From: Candidatus Bathyarchaeota archaeon
GTDB lineage: Archaea > Thermoproteota > Bathyarchaeia > Bathyarchaeales > Bathycorpusculaceae
Assembly (NCBI GenBank): GCA_963717465.1
Contig: OY970340.1
Coordinates: forward strand, 1,792,001-1,856,000
Length of the DNA stretch: 64,000 nucleotides
Direction: 5' to 3'
Every line of letters begins with the position of its first letter. The first letter of the stretch is position 1. Of this stretch, positions 9,660 through 24,700 are shown piece by piece. The position numbers and the translations under genes are program-made. Below the pieces are notes generated by a model. That model did no database searches, was not told the DNA's origin, and was given only the letters and a program-made list of their open reading frames with translations.

Positions 9660-10841
9660 TTGAGTCAAGAAACGCCGAAGAAGAAAGGTCATTCTGTTTC
9701 TCTTGGAAATGTAATTAAAATTTCTGTTGTAGTCGCTTTAGTTTTCATGCTAGTTGGAGGGATATTAACTGTGGCTGTAATTATGCCCGCTTTGAGCAAT
9801 TTGCACTTATTCGGCTCAAACAGTAGCAACAATAATAACAGCAACAATAGCAATAATTCAAACAACAATAACAGTAGCAACAATAACAATAATAATGGAA
9901 ATAATCTGATGAGCTATAGCGGAAGTGGACAATTTAACCTTACTATCCCAGATAACGGCGATTTTGTTTCGGGAACAATGAATGCAACCATTAATTGCCA
10001 AGTTCAAGAAAATGAAGGCAATTTGAATCTAACTCTGCAGGCAACCGGCTTAAATGGCAATCTATCGCAACCGGTTTCAGGCTCGCCAGCGGTTTCAGAG
10101 GGAAATTCCTACAACTTTAACTTTTACAGCAACGGCTCTTTTGACAATTCACAATTTGACCTGAACTCTCAAGGCAATGTGTGGTTGGGGGCAAATTATA
10201 ATTTTGATCTGAACGGTTCATTTAGCTCGAACACTTTGACATTTACTTTGACTTCGGAGCCTAGTTCTCAGATTACCATCTTAACTCTGCAGGCACCAAT
10301 ATCCCTCAACGGCAATAACAATAACTCAAACAATAACTCAAACAATAGCAACAACGATAATACAAACAATACTAGTAGCAATACTAGTAGCAACAATTCC
10401 GTAAATAATACTAATCCAACGATAACCAACCCCACAGGCACTTACACCGCAACTAACGTTCAATTGCATCTAACGGTTCCAAATCAAAACGGGGGATCAG
10501 ATACAGGAACAATGCAGGCAAACGTTAACTGCACTGTTTCGCAAAGTGGCAACAGTATACAATTAGACTTGTATGTGGAGCCTTTAAGCGTTTCAAGCAG
10601 CTTGAGCAGCGATATTCAAACTAATGGCGGAACCGTTCAATTTAACTTCTTAGGTCAAACTTCAGGAACAACAATTACTAACGCGAATGCGCAAGGCACT
10701 ATGCCAGGGAACAGTGCCACCTTTAACATAAACCTAACCGGAATCATTGACACGAGTGAACTGAAAATCTCGTTGAGTCAGAACGCCAGTCCTGATGTTG
10801 TCATCTGGACAACAAGTCAAATAACTCTTAACTCCACATAA
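9660..10841 (+). CDS. Membrane-anchored Asn/Ser-rich surface protein with two homologous beta-rich domains
   Basis: N-terminal TM, two poly-Asn linkers, internal repeat (GTMNATINCQV / GTMQANVNCTV). Confidence 0.75.
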   Translation: MSQETPKKKGHSVSLGNVIKISVVVALVFMLVGGILTVAVIMPALSNLHLFGSNSSNNNNSNNSNNSNNNNSSNNNNNNGNNLMSYSGSGQFNLTIPDNGDFVSGTMNATINCQVQENEGNLNLTLQATGLNGNLSQPVSGSPAVSEGNSYNFNFYSNGSFDNSQFDLNSQGNVWLGANYNFDLNGSFSSNTLTFTLTSEPSSQITILTLQAPISLNGNNNNSNNNSNNSNNDNTNNTSSNTSSNNSVNNTNPTITNPTGTYTATNVQLHLTVPNQNGGSDTGTMQANVNCTVSQSGNSIQLDLYVEPLSVSSSLSSDIQTNGGTVQFNFLGQTSGTTITNANAQGTMPGNSATFNINLTGIIDTSELKISLSQNASPDVVIWTTSQITLNST

Positions 10842-11016
10842 GTGCTTAGCAATCAAGGGTTAAAATCCCTTTTCTATTTTGTTTTAGGATATAAAGCGAT
10901 TATTTTTTTCCATGTTGATTTTATGCACTGCGCTTTACTATCAATTCGTTTCTTTTTTAACTAGTAAAGCTTATTATTGCTTAAGTATTTGAGCAGTTTA
11001 TTGGACGGCTAAAAAA

Positions 11017-11928
11017 ATGCATCTGATTAATTTCAAAGAGTTATCTGATCAACAGCTTAACGCATTAATTAACTTGGGCATCGAAGCAAAAATTAACCCA
11101 AAAAAATTTAAGAAAACATTTGAAGGTAAGTCTGCCGCGTTGATTTTTCAAAAAACTTCCACGAGAACCCGTGTCGCTTTTGAAGTAGCAATGACTCAGC
11201 TTGGCGGTCATGGCTTGTTTATTGATTGGCGAACTACGAATTTTACGTTGGCGGACATTTCTGATGAAGTTCGCTACCTGTCGCGTAATGTCGATGTTAT
11301 TATGGCGAGGTTACTGTTTAATGCGGATTTGACGAAAATGGCGGCTGCTTCAAAAGTTCCCGTTATTAACGGTTGTGACGAGAAGTATCATCCAAGTCAA
11401 GCTATTGCTGATCTAATTACTATGAAGGAAAAGATGGGCAAGCTGAAAGGCTCCAAACTCGTTTACATAGGAGTTCATAACAACGTTTGCAACTCGCTTA
11501 TTGAAGGCTGCACAAAAACAGGTGTAAAACTAACAACTGTTACGCCGATTTTCAACGAGGCAGCAAGAGATGATGAATTGCTGAATACGGCTAAGACAAC
11601 TGGGCTTTGGGAGTCGACGTTGGATGTGAAGAAAGCGGTTAGCGATGCTGATTTTGTTTATACTGACACGTGGATTGATATGGAGTTTTTCACTGACCCA
11701 AAATTTGCAGCTGAAAAAGAGAAACGCGTCAAACTTATGATGCCATATCAAATTAACAGTGGCTTGCTCAAAGGAAGCAACGCGTACATTATGCATGACA
11801 TGCCAATTCACCGTGGATACGAAATAAGTGTAGATGCTATGGAAAACCCAAAATCAGTGATTTATGAGCAAGCTGAAAACAGGTTATACTCCGCTAAAGC
11901 GATTATGCTTAAGTTAGTTGACGTTTAA
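11017..11928 (+). CDS. argF: Ornithine carbamoyltransferase
   Basis: STRT, HPSQ, HDMP and QAENR motifs. Confidence 0.9.
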   Translation: MHLINFKELSDQQLNALINLGIEAKINPKKFKKTFEGKSAALIFQKTSTRTRVAFEVAMTQLGGHGLFIDWRTTNFTLADISDEVRYLSRNVDVIMARLLFNADLTKMAAASKVPVINGCDEKYHPSQAIADLITMKEKMGKLKGSKLVYIGVHNNVCNSLIEGCTKTGVKLTTVTPIFNEAARDDELLNTAKTTGLWESTLDVKKAVSDADFVYTDTWIDMEFFTDPKFAAEKEKRVKLMMPYQINSGLLKGSNAYIMHDMPIHRGYEISVDAMENPKSVIYEQAENRLYSAKAIMLKLVDV

Positions 11929-12051
11929 GCTACGATTTTTTGTTTATACCCATAATTTAAAAATACGGATAAGTACGCTTTTATTTTCCGGAAATTTGCT
12001 TTGAAAACTTAATTAACAAATAGCCATTTTTTGATGTAAATTCTAAGATAA

Positions 12052-12240
12052 CTACTCATCCTTTACCATAGACCCAATCCGCTCTTTAGAAATATATGCT
12101 AATTCAGGATGATGCAACTCAACATGCATCCTAACATGACCCGCGAGATCGCTCTCTCCAAAAGGAGATTTAACAATAAAACTGCACCTAGGGCAAGTAA
12201 AAACCTTCATTTTTCCCATCTGACCAACTTCAGTACCCAA
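12052..12240 (-). CDS. Small Zn-binding protein (CxxC...HxxxxH)
   Basis: GGAGGTGA SD before TTG; FTCPRC...HVRMHVELHH. Confidence 0.65.
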   Translation of the reverse strand: MGTEVGQMGKMKVFTCPRCSFIVKSPFGESDLAGHVRMHVELHHPELAYISKERIGSMVKDE

Positions 12241-12701
12241 CTGTTCACCTCCTAAACCAACTTTGGAAAACAAGAGTACCGAGGTTTTTTGGTCTCTTTA
12301 AGGGTTTGTTGTGGTTAGTTCACAGCAACTTGAAAATTTAATGATTTTCTTGATGTACATACGTAAGTCTATTTGCATAAACGTGTTTTCTCGATAAAGT
12401 GCTTAATAAAGGACGTGAAGTTTAGGTTTTTTCAGGCATCGATTGGGCTAGTGGTATGGCAAAAGGTAGGTTGCTTAGCCTTTTAGATGGTTAGGTAACA
12501 TTTATTTCCATCACAGCGGAATGTTTATATCAGTTGAATTCGCTTCTAAATGAATTCAGCTATAATTGCTAGCCCCGTAATTTTCACATGGCGGCGGCTC
12601 AACCCCTACCGTAACGGCGTAATGCCTTTCAGGGATGACGGAGTTGGCCTCCAATTGCGGGGACACGTATGTGGACCTGATTAATTGCTCAGTTAGGTCT
12701 G

Positions 12702-14385
<1,684 letters not shown>

Positions 14386-14601
14386 AATCAGAGCAATGAT
14401 TTTTGCGTTTTTGGTTATTGATGTTGTTTGGTTGTTACTGTTTTGTTTTGGAATTTGAACTTGGTTGTTCAATTTTTGAAATTTTTTTCAGTTTGAAACG
14501 TTTGTTTGTGGTTTGGCTGTGCATAAGGATAGTACTTATGTTCTCATTTAGAAACTTGGAATTACTATTTCAACCTACATAATAATTGAATCGTGTTAGG
14601 C

Positions 14602-14712
14602 TTTCGAGCAGGCGATATTTTAATTAAGGAAGTAATCAAAGACCATATCGTACTCTGCAACGCTGATTCGTTTGTAAGTCTGCGTTGGAGAAGCCATGTT
14701 GAGAGAGGGTAA
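14602..14712 (+). pseudogene. C-terminal remnant of a probable MNT nucleotidyltransferase (HEPN partner)
   Basis: FRAGDILIKEVIKDHIVLCNADSFVSLRWRSHVERG* overlaps the HEPN start; no N-terminus. Confidence 0.5.
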
Positions 14713-14923
14713 GCTATCTTGGTGTTTTAAACAGAAAAATGGCATTCGAATGGTTGAGCCCAACGGAGATTTGGCTAAAGCTTATTTGAAAAAGGCGATA
14801 GGCGCTCTAAACACTGTGACTGTTGCACTTAAAATCCATGAGACTGACTGGATAATTACCACCGCATACTACGCAAGATATTTCGCGTTATACAGCTTGC
14901 TTATGAAATTAAGCGTAAAATAA
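14696..14923 (+). pseudogene. HEPN-domain protein, N-terminal half
   Basis: WIITTAYYARYFALYSLLMKLSVK ends just before the expected SEIHDCT motif. Confidence 0.8.
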
Positions 14924-15603
14924 GAGTTCGGACGGCAACGTATATGAGTAACTTTTTCAGTCGTGAACCGACGATCCTGTTTCCACGACCTTTATTTCGT
15001 TCAATGTGACAAAATATAAAAATGCTAAGGTTTGTCTGGGATGGCTGAGCGCTCCTTCTTCCTTATGAAGAATCTCAGAAAATTGACGAGAATGCTTTTT
15101 TGGGAAGATTATTGGTATGCATTGAAATTCGGAATAAAGTTTATTGAACTCTTTTTTTAAATGTGTCCGGGGAAGGCAGTTGAATTTTAGTCCGAACAAA
15201 TGGTTTCGCACGTTTAAGAGTGACCTCGTAGCTGAGGTTTTAATTTATTATAATAGCATTTTTTCAAGAAAGAGTGGTCCGCCCATCTGCATCGCATTGT
15301 GCGTTCTAACAACAGTATCTTTTATTCTTTCTCGTCTTTGATTGCATAACAAATTAGTAAAGGGCATTTCCCCTACCAGAAAAGGTTCAAACGTCACGAA
15401 GATCATATAGTAACTCTGCCGCAAAATTTTCATGGCTAAATTTGCATCTTGACGAAGGACGATGGATGTTTTCTTGTAAAAATGAGGTGTCTATAAGCAT
15501 TCCACTATGCAGTCAGCATACTAAGACCAAATTGTGACTCAAAATTCAGATTTGGGCTTCATTAAAAATATAAGGAAATTTTGTAGATTCAACTTTTAAG
15601 GTA

Positions 15604-15656
15604 CACTTAGATGGAGCACTTAGATGAAGCACTAGAGGGATGCTTAGAAGGAGCAC
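15604..15656 (+). repeat. Degenerate 13-bp tandem direct repeats upstream of the giant surface-protein promoter
   Basis: CACTTAGATGGAG CACTTAGATGAAG CACTAGAGGGATG CTTAGAAGGAG CAC. Confidence 0.7.
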
Positions 15657-15752
15657 GACTTAATTTCAATCAATCATTTTATAGGCAGAATTTTCGAAAA
15701 CAATTTTTCAGCCAAAAAATCAGAAAAATAAAACTAACCGAGGAGATATTAA

Positions 15753-18700
15753 ATGAATAAAAAAAATCCAATAAATGCAATTTGCATAATATTGTTGGTT
15801 ATCTTAGCATTCTCAATGGCTACTAACACGGCCTTTGCATCAGTAGTTAACAATAATGCTCCAGTTGTGGCAAGGATTTGGACTGACAAGCCAGATTATC
15901 ATCCTGGGACTTTGGTGACTATTTATGGGTCCGGTTTCACTTCGAATGGTTACATTTTCTTAAGTGTGACCAAGGAGAAGGATGAGTCCGTTACGAACTT
16001 ACATGCAAGAGCGGATTTAAACGGGGATTTTGTGGCTCATTATCAAATTGACAAACAAGGAGCTCCTCTCTACAAGATAGTAGCCACAGACGGGAAAACA
16101 ACCGCAGAAACAGTATTCACAGACTCAATGACAATTTCAACGCAGCCAATTTCAGCCCACATCGATAGTGGGCAATCGGCGACTTTATTTAGTGTTGTGG
16201 CTGGTGGTAATAGTCCGTATACATGGCAATGGTATGACGATTACGGAGCTATCTCTGGCGCCTCTGGTTCAGGCGACACGGCATCTCTGACTGTTTCAAC
16301 AGCGGATACGGGCATCTACGTAGATTTCACTGACAATTCACAGGCGACTATTCAGTCTGACCCTGTGGGTGTTACAGTTAATCCAGCGTTGAGTGAGACT
16401 GCTTCTGCTTCGCCAGCTGCTGTGGACGATGGTCAACCCATCAGTTTAACTGTTACTCAGACTACAGGTACTGGGTCTTTCACGTATGAGTGGCAGTATA
16501 GTACTGATGGTTTTTCTTGGAGTGATATTCCGTTTGATTCTGGTGATCAGAATCCTTATTTTGATTCTGCGGGTTATGGTGGTTCAGCGTTGGAGTTTCA
16601 GGTTAACGTTACTGATGGTACTGGTGCTTCTCAGATTTTCAGCACCAGCTTTGTCACTGTGAATATTGCTTTGAGTGAGACTGCTTCTGTTTCGCCATCA
16701 ACGGTGGGCGCTGGTCAAATCATCAGTTTGTCGGTTACTCAGGGTACTGGTACTCCTCGTTTCACGTATGAGTGGCAGTATAGTACTGATGGTTCAACCT
16801 GGAATGATATTCCTTTTGGGTCTGGTGATCATAATCCCTCGTTTGATTCTATGGATTATGCGGGTTACACGTTATACTTCCAGGTTAACGTTACTGATGG
16901 TACTGGCGCTTCTCAAATTTTCAGTGCAGGCTCTGTTGCTGTGGGCAGCGTGCTTTCTCAGACTTCCGCTTCCGCCTTTCCTGGCGCTGTTGACGATGGT
17001 CAATCAATCAGTTTATCAGTAGACACCTACACCACTGTCAATAGTCCTTACACGTATGAATGGCAATACAGCACAGACGGCGTCAATTGGTACGACATTC
17101 CGTCTGGGTCTGCTGATCAGAATCCTTCTTTTGACTCTACGGGCTATGCGGGTTTCACGTTGGAGTTTCAGGTTAACGTTACTGATAGTACTGGCGCTTC
17201 TCAAATTTTCAGTGCAGGCTCCGTCACCGTGAATACCGCGGACACTGGAGGCTCCACCCCCCCGGATAGTGGGTTGAGTGAGACTGCTTCTGCTTCTCCT
17301 GATGTGGTGGATGTTGGTCAAAGCATCAGTTTGTCGGTTACTCAGACTACTGGTACTGGTCCTTTCACGTATGAGTGGCAATACAGCACTGATGGTTTTA
17401 CTTGGAATAATATTCCATCTTCTTCATTGCAGAATCCAAGTTTTGATACGTCTGATTTGACAGCTGGCACCTACTACTTCCAGGTTACAGTTACTGATAG
17501 TACTGAGGATTCTGCTACCTTCTATACGAGCTCTGTTACAGTGAATGCTGTGTTGAGTGAGACTGCTTCTGCTTCGCCATCAACGGTGGATGCTGGTCAA
17601 AGCATCAGTTTGTCTGTTACTCAAAACACCGGCACTAGTTCTTTCTCGTATGAGTGGCAGTACAGCACAGATGGCGCCACATGGCAGGACATTCCCTCTG
17701 CATCTGGTGATCAGAATCCCTCGTTTGATTCTACGGATTATGCGGGTTACACGTTATACTTCCAGGTTAACGTTACTGATGGTACTGGTGCTTCTCAAAC
17801 CTTCAGCACAAACTCTGTTACTGTTGGCAGCGCGTTTTCTTCAACTTCCGCTTCCCTCTCTCCTAGCACTGTTGACGATGGTCAAAGCATCAGTTTATCA
17901 GTTGACGCTCCTACCACTGGTACTGGTCCTTACACGTATGAATGGCAATACAGCACTGGCGCTAGCGGTGAATGGCAGGATATTCCGTTTTGGTCTGCTG
18001 ATCAGAATGCAACTTTTGATTCTACGGGTTATGCTGGTTCAACATTAGAGTTCCAGGTTATAGTTAATGATTCTGCGTCGGCTCAATTTACTGTGTATGC
18101 AGGTTCCGTCAATGTGAATAGTGCTTTGAGTGAGACTGCTTCTGCTTCGCCATCAACGGTGGATGCTGGTCAAAGCATCAGTTTGTCGGTTACTCAGACT
18201 ACTGGTACTGGTCCTTTCACGTATGAGTGGCAATACAGCACTGGTGGCAATAATTGGCAGAATATTCCGTCTGGGAATGCTTCTGCTGCTACATTTAACA
18301 GTACGGGTTATGGTGGCGGCGCTTTGAGTTTCCAAGTTATAGTGACTGACTCTGCAGGTGCGTCGATTACGGTTGGCGCTGGCTCTGTCACTGTTAACTA
18401 TGCTTTGAGCGAGACCGCTTCAGTTTCTCCACTTGAAGTTGATATTGGAGAAGACATCAGTTTGTCTGTTACGCAGACCACCGGCACTCCCACTTTCACG
18501 TATGACTGGCAATACAGCTACAATGGAGTTGATTGGTCTGATACTCCTCTCTTTTACTCGCAAAACCCTGGCTTCGGACTCGGCGAGGACTATTTCCTTG
18601 CGGGAACTTGTTACTTCCACGTTATAATCACCGATAATACTGGTGCGTCGATTACGGTTGGTGCTGGATCTGTCACAATAAATAACGCTTTATATGAGAC

Positions 18701-21700
18701 TGCTTCTGCCTCACCATCAACGGTCGATGTTGGCCAACCAATCAGTTTGTCCGTCACTGAAAACACGGGCACCGCGCCTTACACGTATGATTGGCAGGTT
18801 AGCTCTGACGGCGGCTACTCTTGGAGTAATGTTACATCGGCTACAGTGCAGAATCCGACCTTTGATACATCCAGTTTATTTGCGGGCACGTACGAGTTTC
18901 AAGTCATAATCACTGATGAAACAGGCGCTTCTGCTATTTTCTACACTGGCTCCGTCACCGTGAATAGCGCGTTGAGTGAGGTTGCTTCTGAATCACCAAC
19001 CACAGCAGAAGCTGGACAAACAATCAGCCTATCAGTCACCCAATCAACAGGCACTGCTCCCTACACTTACGAGTGGCAATACAGCACTAACAGTAGCGTG
19101 TCTTGGGCGGATATTCCATCCGATTCCAGTTATCAAAATCCCTCCTTTGACACCACAAACTATGGAGGCCAACTCTTAGAGTTCCAAGTCATTATCACAG
19201 ATGGCGCAGGCGCTTCTCAAACCTTTACCACAAGTACCGTCCTCATAAACCCTGCAACCAGTGGGTTAAGCGAGACTGCTTCAGTCTCTCAGAGCGTTGT
19301 GGACGCTGGACAAACTGTTAATTTAACGGTTACTCAGACAACAGGTACCGGTCCCTTCACTTACGAATGGCAAGTAAGCACTGACGAAACAAACTGGAAT
19401 AACATTCCATTGTACTCACTGCAGAACTCAAGTTTTGATACGTCTGATTTGGCTGCTGGCACCTACTTCTTCCAAGTTATCGTCACTGATTCCACTGGCG
19501 CAACTGGCACCTTTAGCGCTGGCTCGGTTACAGTAAATTCTGCCCTGAGTGAGGTTGCTTCTGAATCACCAACCACAGCAGAAGCTGGACAAACAATCAG
19601 CCTATCAGTCACCCAATCAACAGGCACTGCTCCCTACACTTACGAGTGGCAATACAGCACTAACAGTAGCGTGTCTTGGGCGGATATTCCATCCGACTTC
19701 AGTTATCAAAATCCCTCCTTTGACACCACAAACTATGGAGGCCAACTCTTAGAGTTCCAAGTCATTATCACAGATGGCGCAGGCGCTTCTCAAACCTTTA
19801 CCACAAGTACCGTCCTCATAAACCCTGCAACCAGTGGGTTAAGCGAGACTGCTTCAGTCTCTCAGAGCGTTGTGGACGCTGGACAAACTGTTAATTTAAC
19901 GGTTACTCAGACAACAGGTACCGGTCCCTTCACTTACGAATGGCAAGTAAGCACTGACGAAACAAACTGGAATAACATTCCATTGTACTCACTGCAGAAC
20001 TCAAGTTTTGATACGTCTGATTTGGCTGCTGGCACCTACTATTTCCAAGTGATTGTTAACGATTCTGCGGGTGCAACAGCCACCTTCAATGCTGGCTCTG
20101 TTACGGTGAATTCTGCTTTGAGTGAGTCTGCTTATGCATCACCCGGCATGGTGGATGTCGGTCAATCCATCAGTTTATCAGTTACTGATTCTACGGGTAC
20201 TGGTCCTTTCACGTATGAGTGGCAGTACAGCACTGACAACGGTGTAATTTGGAATAACATTCCGTCGTATTCGGAGCAGAGCCCGACTTTTGATACGTCA
20301 GGCCTAGGATGGGGTGTCTACAGCTTCCAAGTCATCATTACTGATCAAACAGATGCGTCACTCACGTTGAGCACGGACCAGGTGACAGTGAATCCCGCTG
20401 TTGAAGCAGCTATTACTCCAACCTCAATTACCATGGATGTTGGTCAATCTGAAATTTTCACTGCTTGGTCGATAGGCGGCGCTGACTGCATTGGTTTCCA
20501 ATGGTACGTGAACGGTGTACCCCAAAGCGGTCAGGTCGGATCTACATTTACCTTTACGGCAACTTCAACAGTCGCTCCGTCCATAACCGTAACAACAACC
20601 GATGATTTAGGTCAAACTTCACCTCAATCATCATCTCCAACTATCACAATAAACCCAGGTTTGAGTGAGATTGCTTCTGCATCGCCGAGTGTGGTGGATG
20701 TTGGTCAACCTGTCAGTTTATCAGTTACTGATTCTACGGGTACTGGTCCTTTCACGTATGAGTGGCAGTACAGCACTGACGGCATAAACTGGAATGATAT
20801 CCCATCCTCGTCATCACAGAACCCGAGCTTTGATGCGTCAGGTTTGACTGCTGGCACTTATTATTTCCAGGTGATTGTTAATGATTCTGCGGGTGCGTCT
20901 GCTACTTTCAGCACTGGCCAAGTAACGGTGAATGTTGATCCTTCAATTAATGTGCAACCCTCTGCAGCCACCATTGATAGTGGGCAGTCTATTACTTTGA
21001 CTTCAACTGTGCAGGATGGTACTGGTTCATACTCTTGGCAATGGTTCGACAGCAGCGGCATAATTACTGGTGCATCTGGTACAGGAGCAACTGCTTCACT
21101 GCCTGTTTCAGCCTCTGACACCGGCGTCTTACGTAGTCTTCACTGACACCGGAGTAGCACCAATGGTGAATGTTAATTCAACCAGTGTTGATGTCACAGT
21201 TGATGCTGCACCCACAATCATCACTCAGCCTTCTAGGGCGTATATCGAGAGTGGGCAGTCTATTACTTTGACTTCTACGGTTCAGGGTGGTTCTGGCTCG
21301 TTCTCTTGGGCTTGTTATGATCATACTGGTTCTCTTGTCGGATCTGGCTCGGGGACAACTGCCTCGCAGGTAATCACAACTTCTGACTTTTATGGCTACT
21401 ACTTCGTCTTCACTGACACCGGTGTAAGTGCTGGTGCGACTCCAGCGTCAGCGGCGACTGTTACTTCAAACGGTGCTCCCGTTGTTGTTCTTTCTGCGCC
21501 CTCCGTTTACATTCAGCCTTCTTCTGTAACGATTGATAGTGGGCAGTCTATTACTTTGTCTTCTTCCGTGGAGGGTGGTTCTGGCGATTTCTCTTGGCAA
21601 TGGTATGATCAGACTGGCGCTATAGTGGGCGCTTATGGCTCGGGTACCACGGCTTCCTACACGTTTAGTTCTTTGAGTAGTGATGATGGTGTCTACGTGG

Positions 21701-24700
21701 TGTTCACTGATGTTTACGTTTCTTCTGGTGCTACTCCATCGTCGTTGGCGAGTGTTTCTTCTAGTAGTGTTGATGTTACAGTTGATTCTGCACCCTTAGT
21801 TTCCACTTCGCTTAATAGTGCGACGATTGACAGTGGTCAGTCTATTACTTTGACTTCTACGGTGTCTGGTGGTTCTGGCTCGTTCTCTTGGGCTTGTTAT
21901 GATCATACTGGTTCTCTTGTCGGATCTGGCACGGGTGCTTTTGCTTCGCAGTCGGTCTCAAGTTCTGATGCAGGCTACTACTTCGTGTTCACTGACACGG
22001 GTGTTTCTTCTGATGCGGCTCCAGCGGTAACTGCGTCTTCAAACAGTATAGCCGTTTATGTTAATGCGGCGCCCTACGTGAGTATTCCGCCTTCTTCGGC
22101 GACGATTTACAGTGGGCAATCTGCAAATTTGACTTCAGTTGTATCTGGTGGCAGCGGCGATTTCAACTGGCAATGGTATGACAACAGCGGTGCTATATCG
22201 GGTGCTTATGGTTCGGGTTCAACGGCTTTCTACTTGGTTTCAAGTGGTGACACTGGAGTCTACGTGGTGTTTACTGACACTGGCTTAACTTCCGGTGCGA
22301 CTCCGGATTCAACGGCAACTGCTTCTTCTAATAGTGTTGATGTTTCGATTGGTACTGCGCCTTCGATTAGCATTCAGCCTTCTTCTGCAGTTATTGACAG
22401 TGGGCAATCTATTACTTTGACTTCAACTGTGCAGGATGGTAGCGGCTCATTCTCTTGGCAATGGTATGATCAGACTGGTGCATTATCTGACGCTTACGGT
22501 ACGGGCACAACGGCCACTTACGTGTTTGGCTCTTCGGGCAACGGCACCGGAATCTATGTAGTCTTCACTGACACTGGCGTAACTCCGGCGGTGAATGTGG
22601 CTTCAAACAGTGTTAATGTTACTGTTGATGTTGCGCCTTCAATCATCTCTCAGCCCTCTTCCGCAACGATCGACAGTGGACAGTCGATAACTTTAACTTC
22701 AACGGTGTCTGGTGGAACTGGAACTTTCACTTGGACATGCTATACTCACACGGGCACTCTAGTTGGTTCTGGCTCAGGGCAGTCTGCTTCTCAGGTAGTC
22801 TCAACTGCTGACTCGGGTTATTACTTTGCGTTCACTGACACGGGTGTATCTTCCGGCGCGACCCCCACGGCAACCGCTCAGTCAAGCGGTGCTCAAGTTA
22901 TAGTTGACTCTGCACCCCAAATTAGCTCTCAGCCCTCTTCCGCAACCATTGACAGTGGACAGTCGATAACTTTAACTTCAACCGTGACAGGTGGCACCGG
23001 CTCATTCACTTGGAAATGTTACACCCACACAGGTGCTCAAGTTGGCTCCGGCTCGGGAACGTCTGCCTCGCAGATAGTCTCAACTGCTGACGCGGGTTAT
23101 TACTTTGTGTTCACTGACACAGGCGTATCTTCCGGCGCAACTCCCACGGCAACCGCTCAGTCAAACAGTGCTCAGGCTAGGGAGGATTCTGCTCCGTCAG
23201 TCAGCTCTCAGCCTTCTTCTGCGACTATTGACAGCGGCCAGTCTATTACTTTGACTTCTACGGTTCAGGGTGGTACTGGATCATTCACTTGGCAGTGGTA
23301 TAATCATGCGGGTACTGCTGTTGGTAGTGGTTCTTCTGGTACGACTGCTTCGCTTTCTGTTTCATCTGCTGATTCGGGTTACTATGTTGTGTTCACTGAT
23401 TCTGGAACTGGTTCTGCCACTCCAACCAAGACTGCTACTTCAAGCAGTGTTCAAGTTACCGTTGATTCTGCTCCGTCAGTCAGCTCTCAGCCTTCTTCTG
23501 CGACTATTGACAGCGGCCAGTCTATTACTTTGACTTCTACGGTTCAGGGTGGTACTGGATCATTCACTTGGAAATGTTACACCCACACAGGTGCTCAAGT
23601 TGGCTCCGGCTCGGGAACGTCTGCCTCGCAGATAGTCTCAACTGCTGACGCGGGTTATTACTTTGTGTTCACTGACACAGGCGTATCTTCCGGCGCAACT
23701 CCCACGGCAACCGCTCAGTCAAACAGTGCTCAGGTTGCTGTTGATTCTGCTCCTTCAATTGGTGCACAACCTGTTTCTGCTACCTTGGACAGCGGCCAAT
23801 CAATAACGTTGTCGTCTACGGTTACGAGAGGCACTGGTTCATTCACGTGGCAATGGTACGATCACAATGGCGTTGTAACGGGCGCCTCTGGAACTGGCGT
23901 ATCCGCTTCTTATGTCGTTTCAAGCGGTGACACGGGAATTTACGTGGTCTTCACTGATGCTGGTGTTAGTGCAGGTGCTTCTGGATCAAAGACTGCAACT
24001 TCAAGCACTGTTGATGTTACAATGAATGTCGCTCTAACAGTTTCTGTCAGTCCAGCTGGTCCAGTGACAATGAACATTGGACAAACTGAGACTTTTACAG
24101 CCAATCCATCTGGAGGCTCCGATAGTTACTCAACGTACACTTGGTATGTGAATGGCATCTCACAGAGCGGATATGATACATCGATGTTTAATTATACAGC
24201 CAATTCGTTAGGTTCTCTATCCATAACTGCTACTGTCACCGATAGTTTAGGAGTGACTTCATCCCAATCATCGACTTGCGATGTTACAGTCAACGATGTT
24301 GCTCCAACTATCACTGCCCCGGTCAATGTAGTAGCGTTCGCTAACAGCGCAGCAGGAGCCAGTGATGTCTCGTTAGGTTCTCCAACTGTTGGCAGCATCG
24401 CTTATTCAACTGCAGACTTATCAGTTACCAACAACGCCACCGCCATATTCCCAGTAGGCACAGTGACAGTTCTCTGGACTGTAACGGACCCAAGTGGACT
24501 AACTGCAACAGCCCTTCAAACCGTTATAATAAACCCATACTCGCCAACATCTTCATCTTCGCCGACACCAACACTTACCCCAACACCGACCCCTACTACA
24601 ACCCCAACGCAATACCAAACTTACACTGTGACCGCAACGGCACCCAACGGCACGGTCGTCAACGTCACAATCTATGGAGACATCAACAGCAGCCAAATCT

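Noticed and set aside
14957..15433. Transposase or integrase for the 10.4 kb insertion
   Set aside because: Short minus-strand ORFs with no recognisable DDE, tyrosine or serine recombinase motif.
15604..15656. CRISPR array
   Set aside because: Contiguous 13-bp units without spacers; no CRISPR array was seen anywhere in the window.
16675..24398. Repeated short ORFs (MRLLLL...) in alternative frames
   Set aside because: Shadow frames of the repetitive surface-protein gene.
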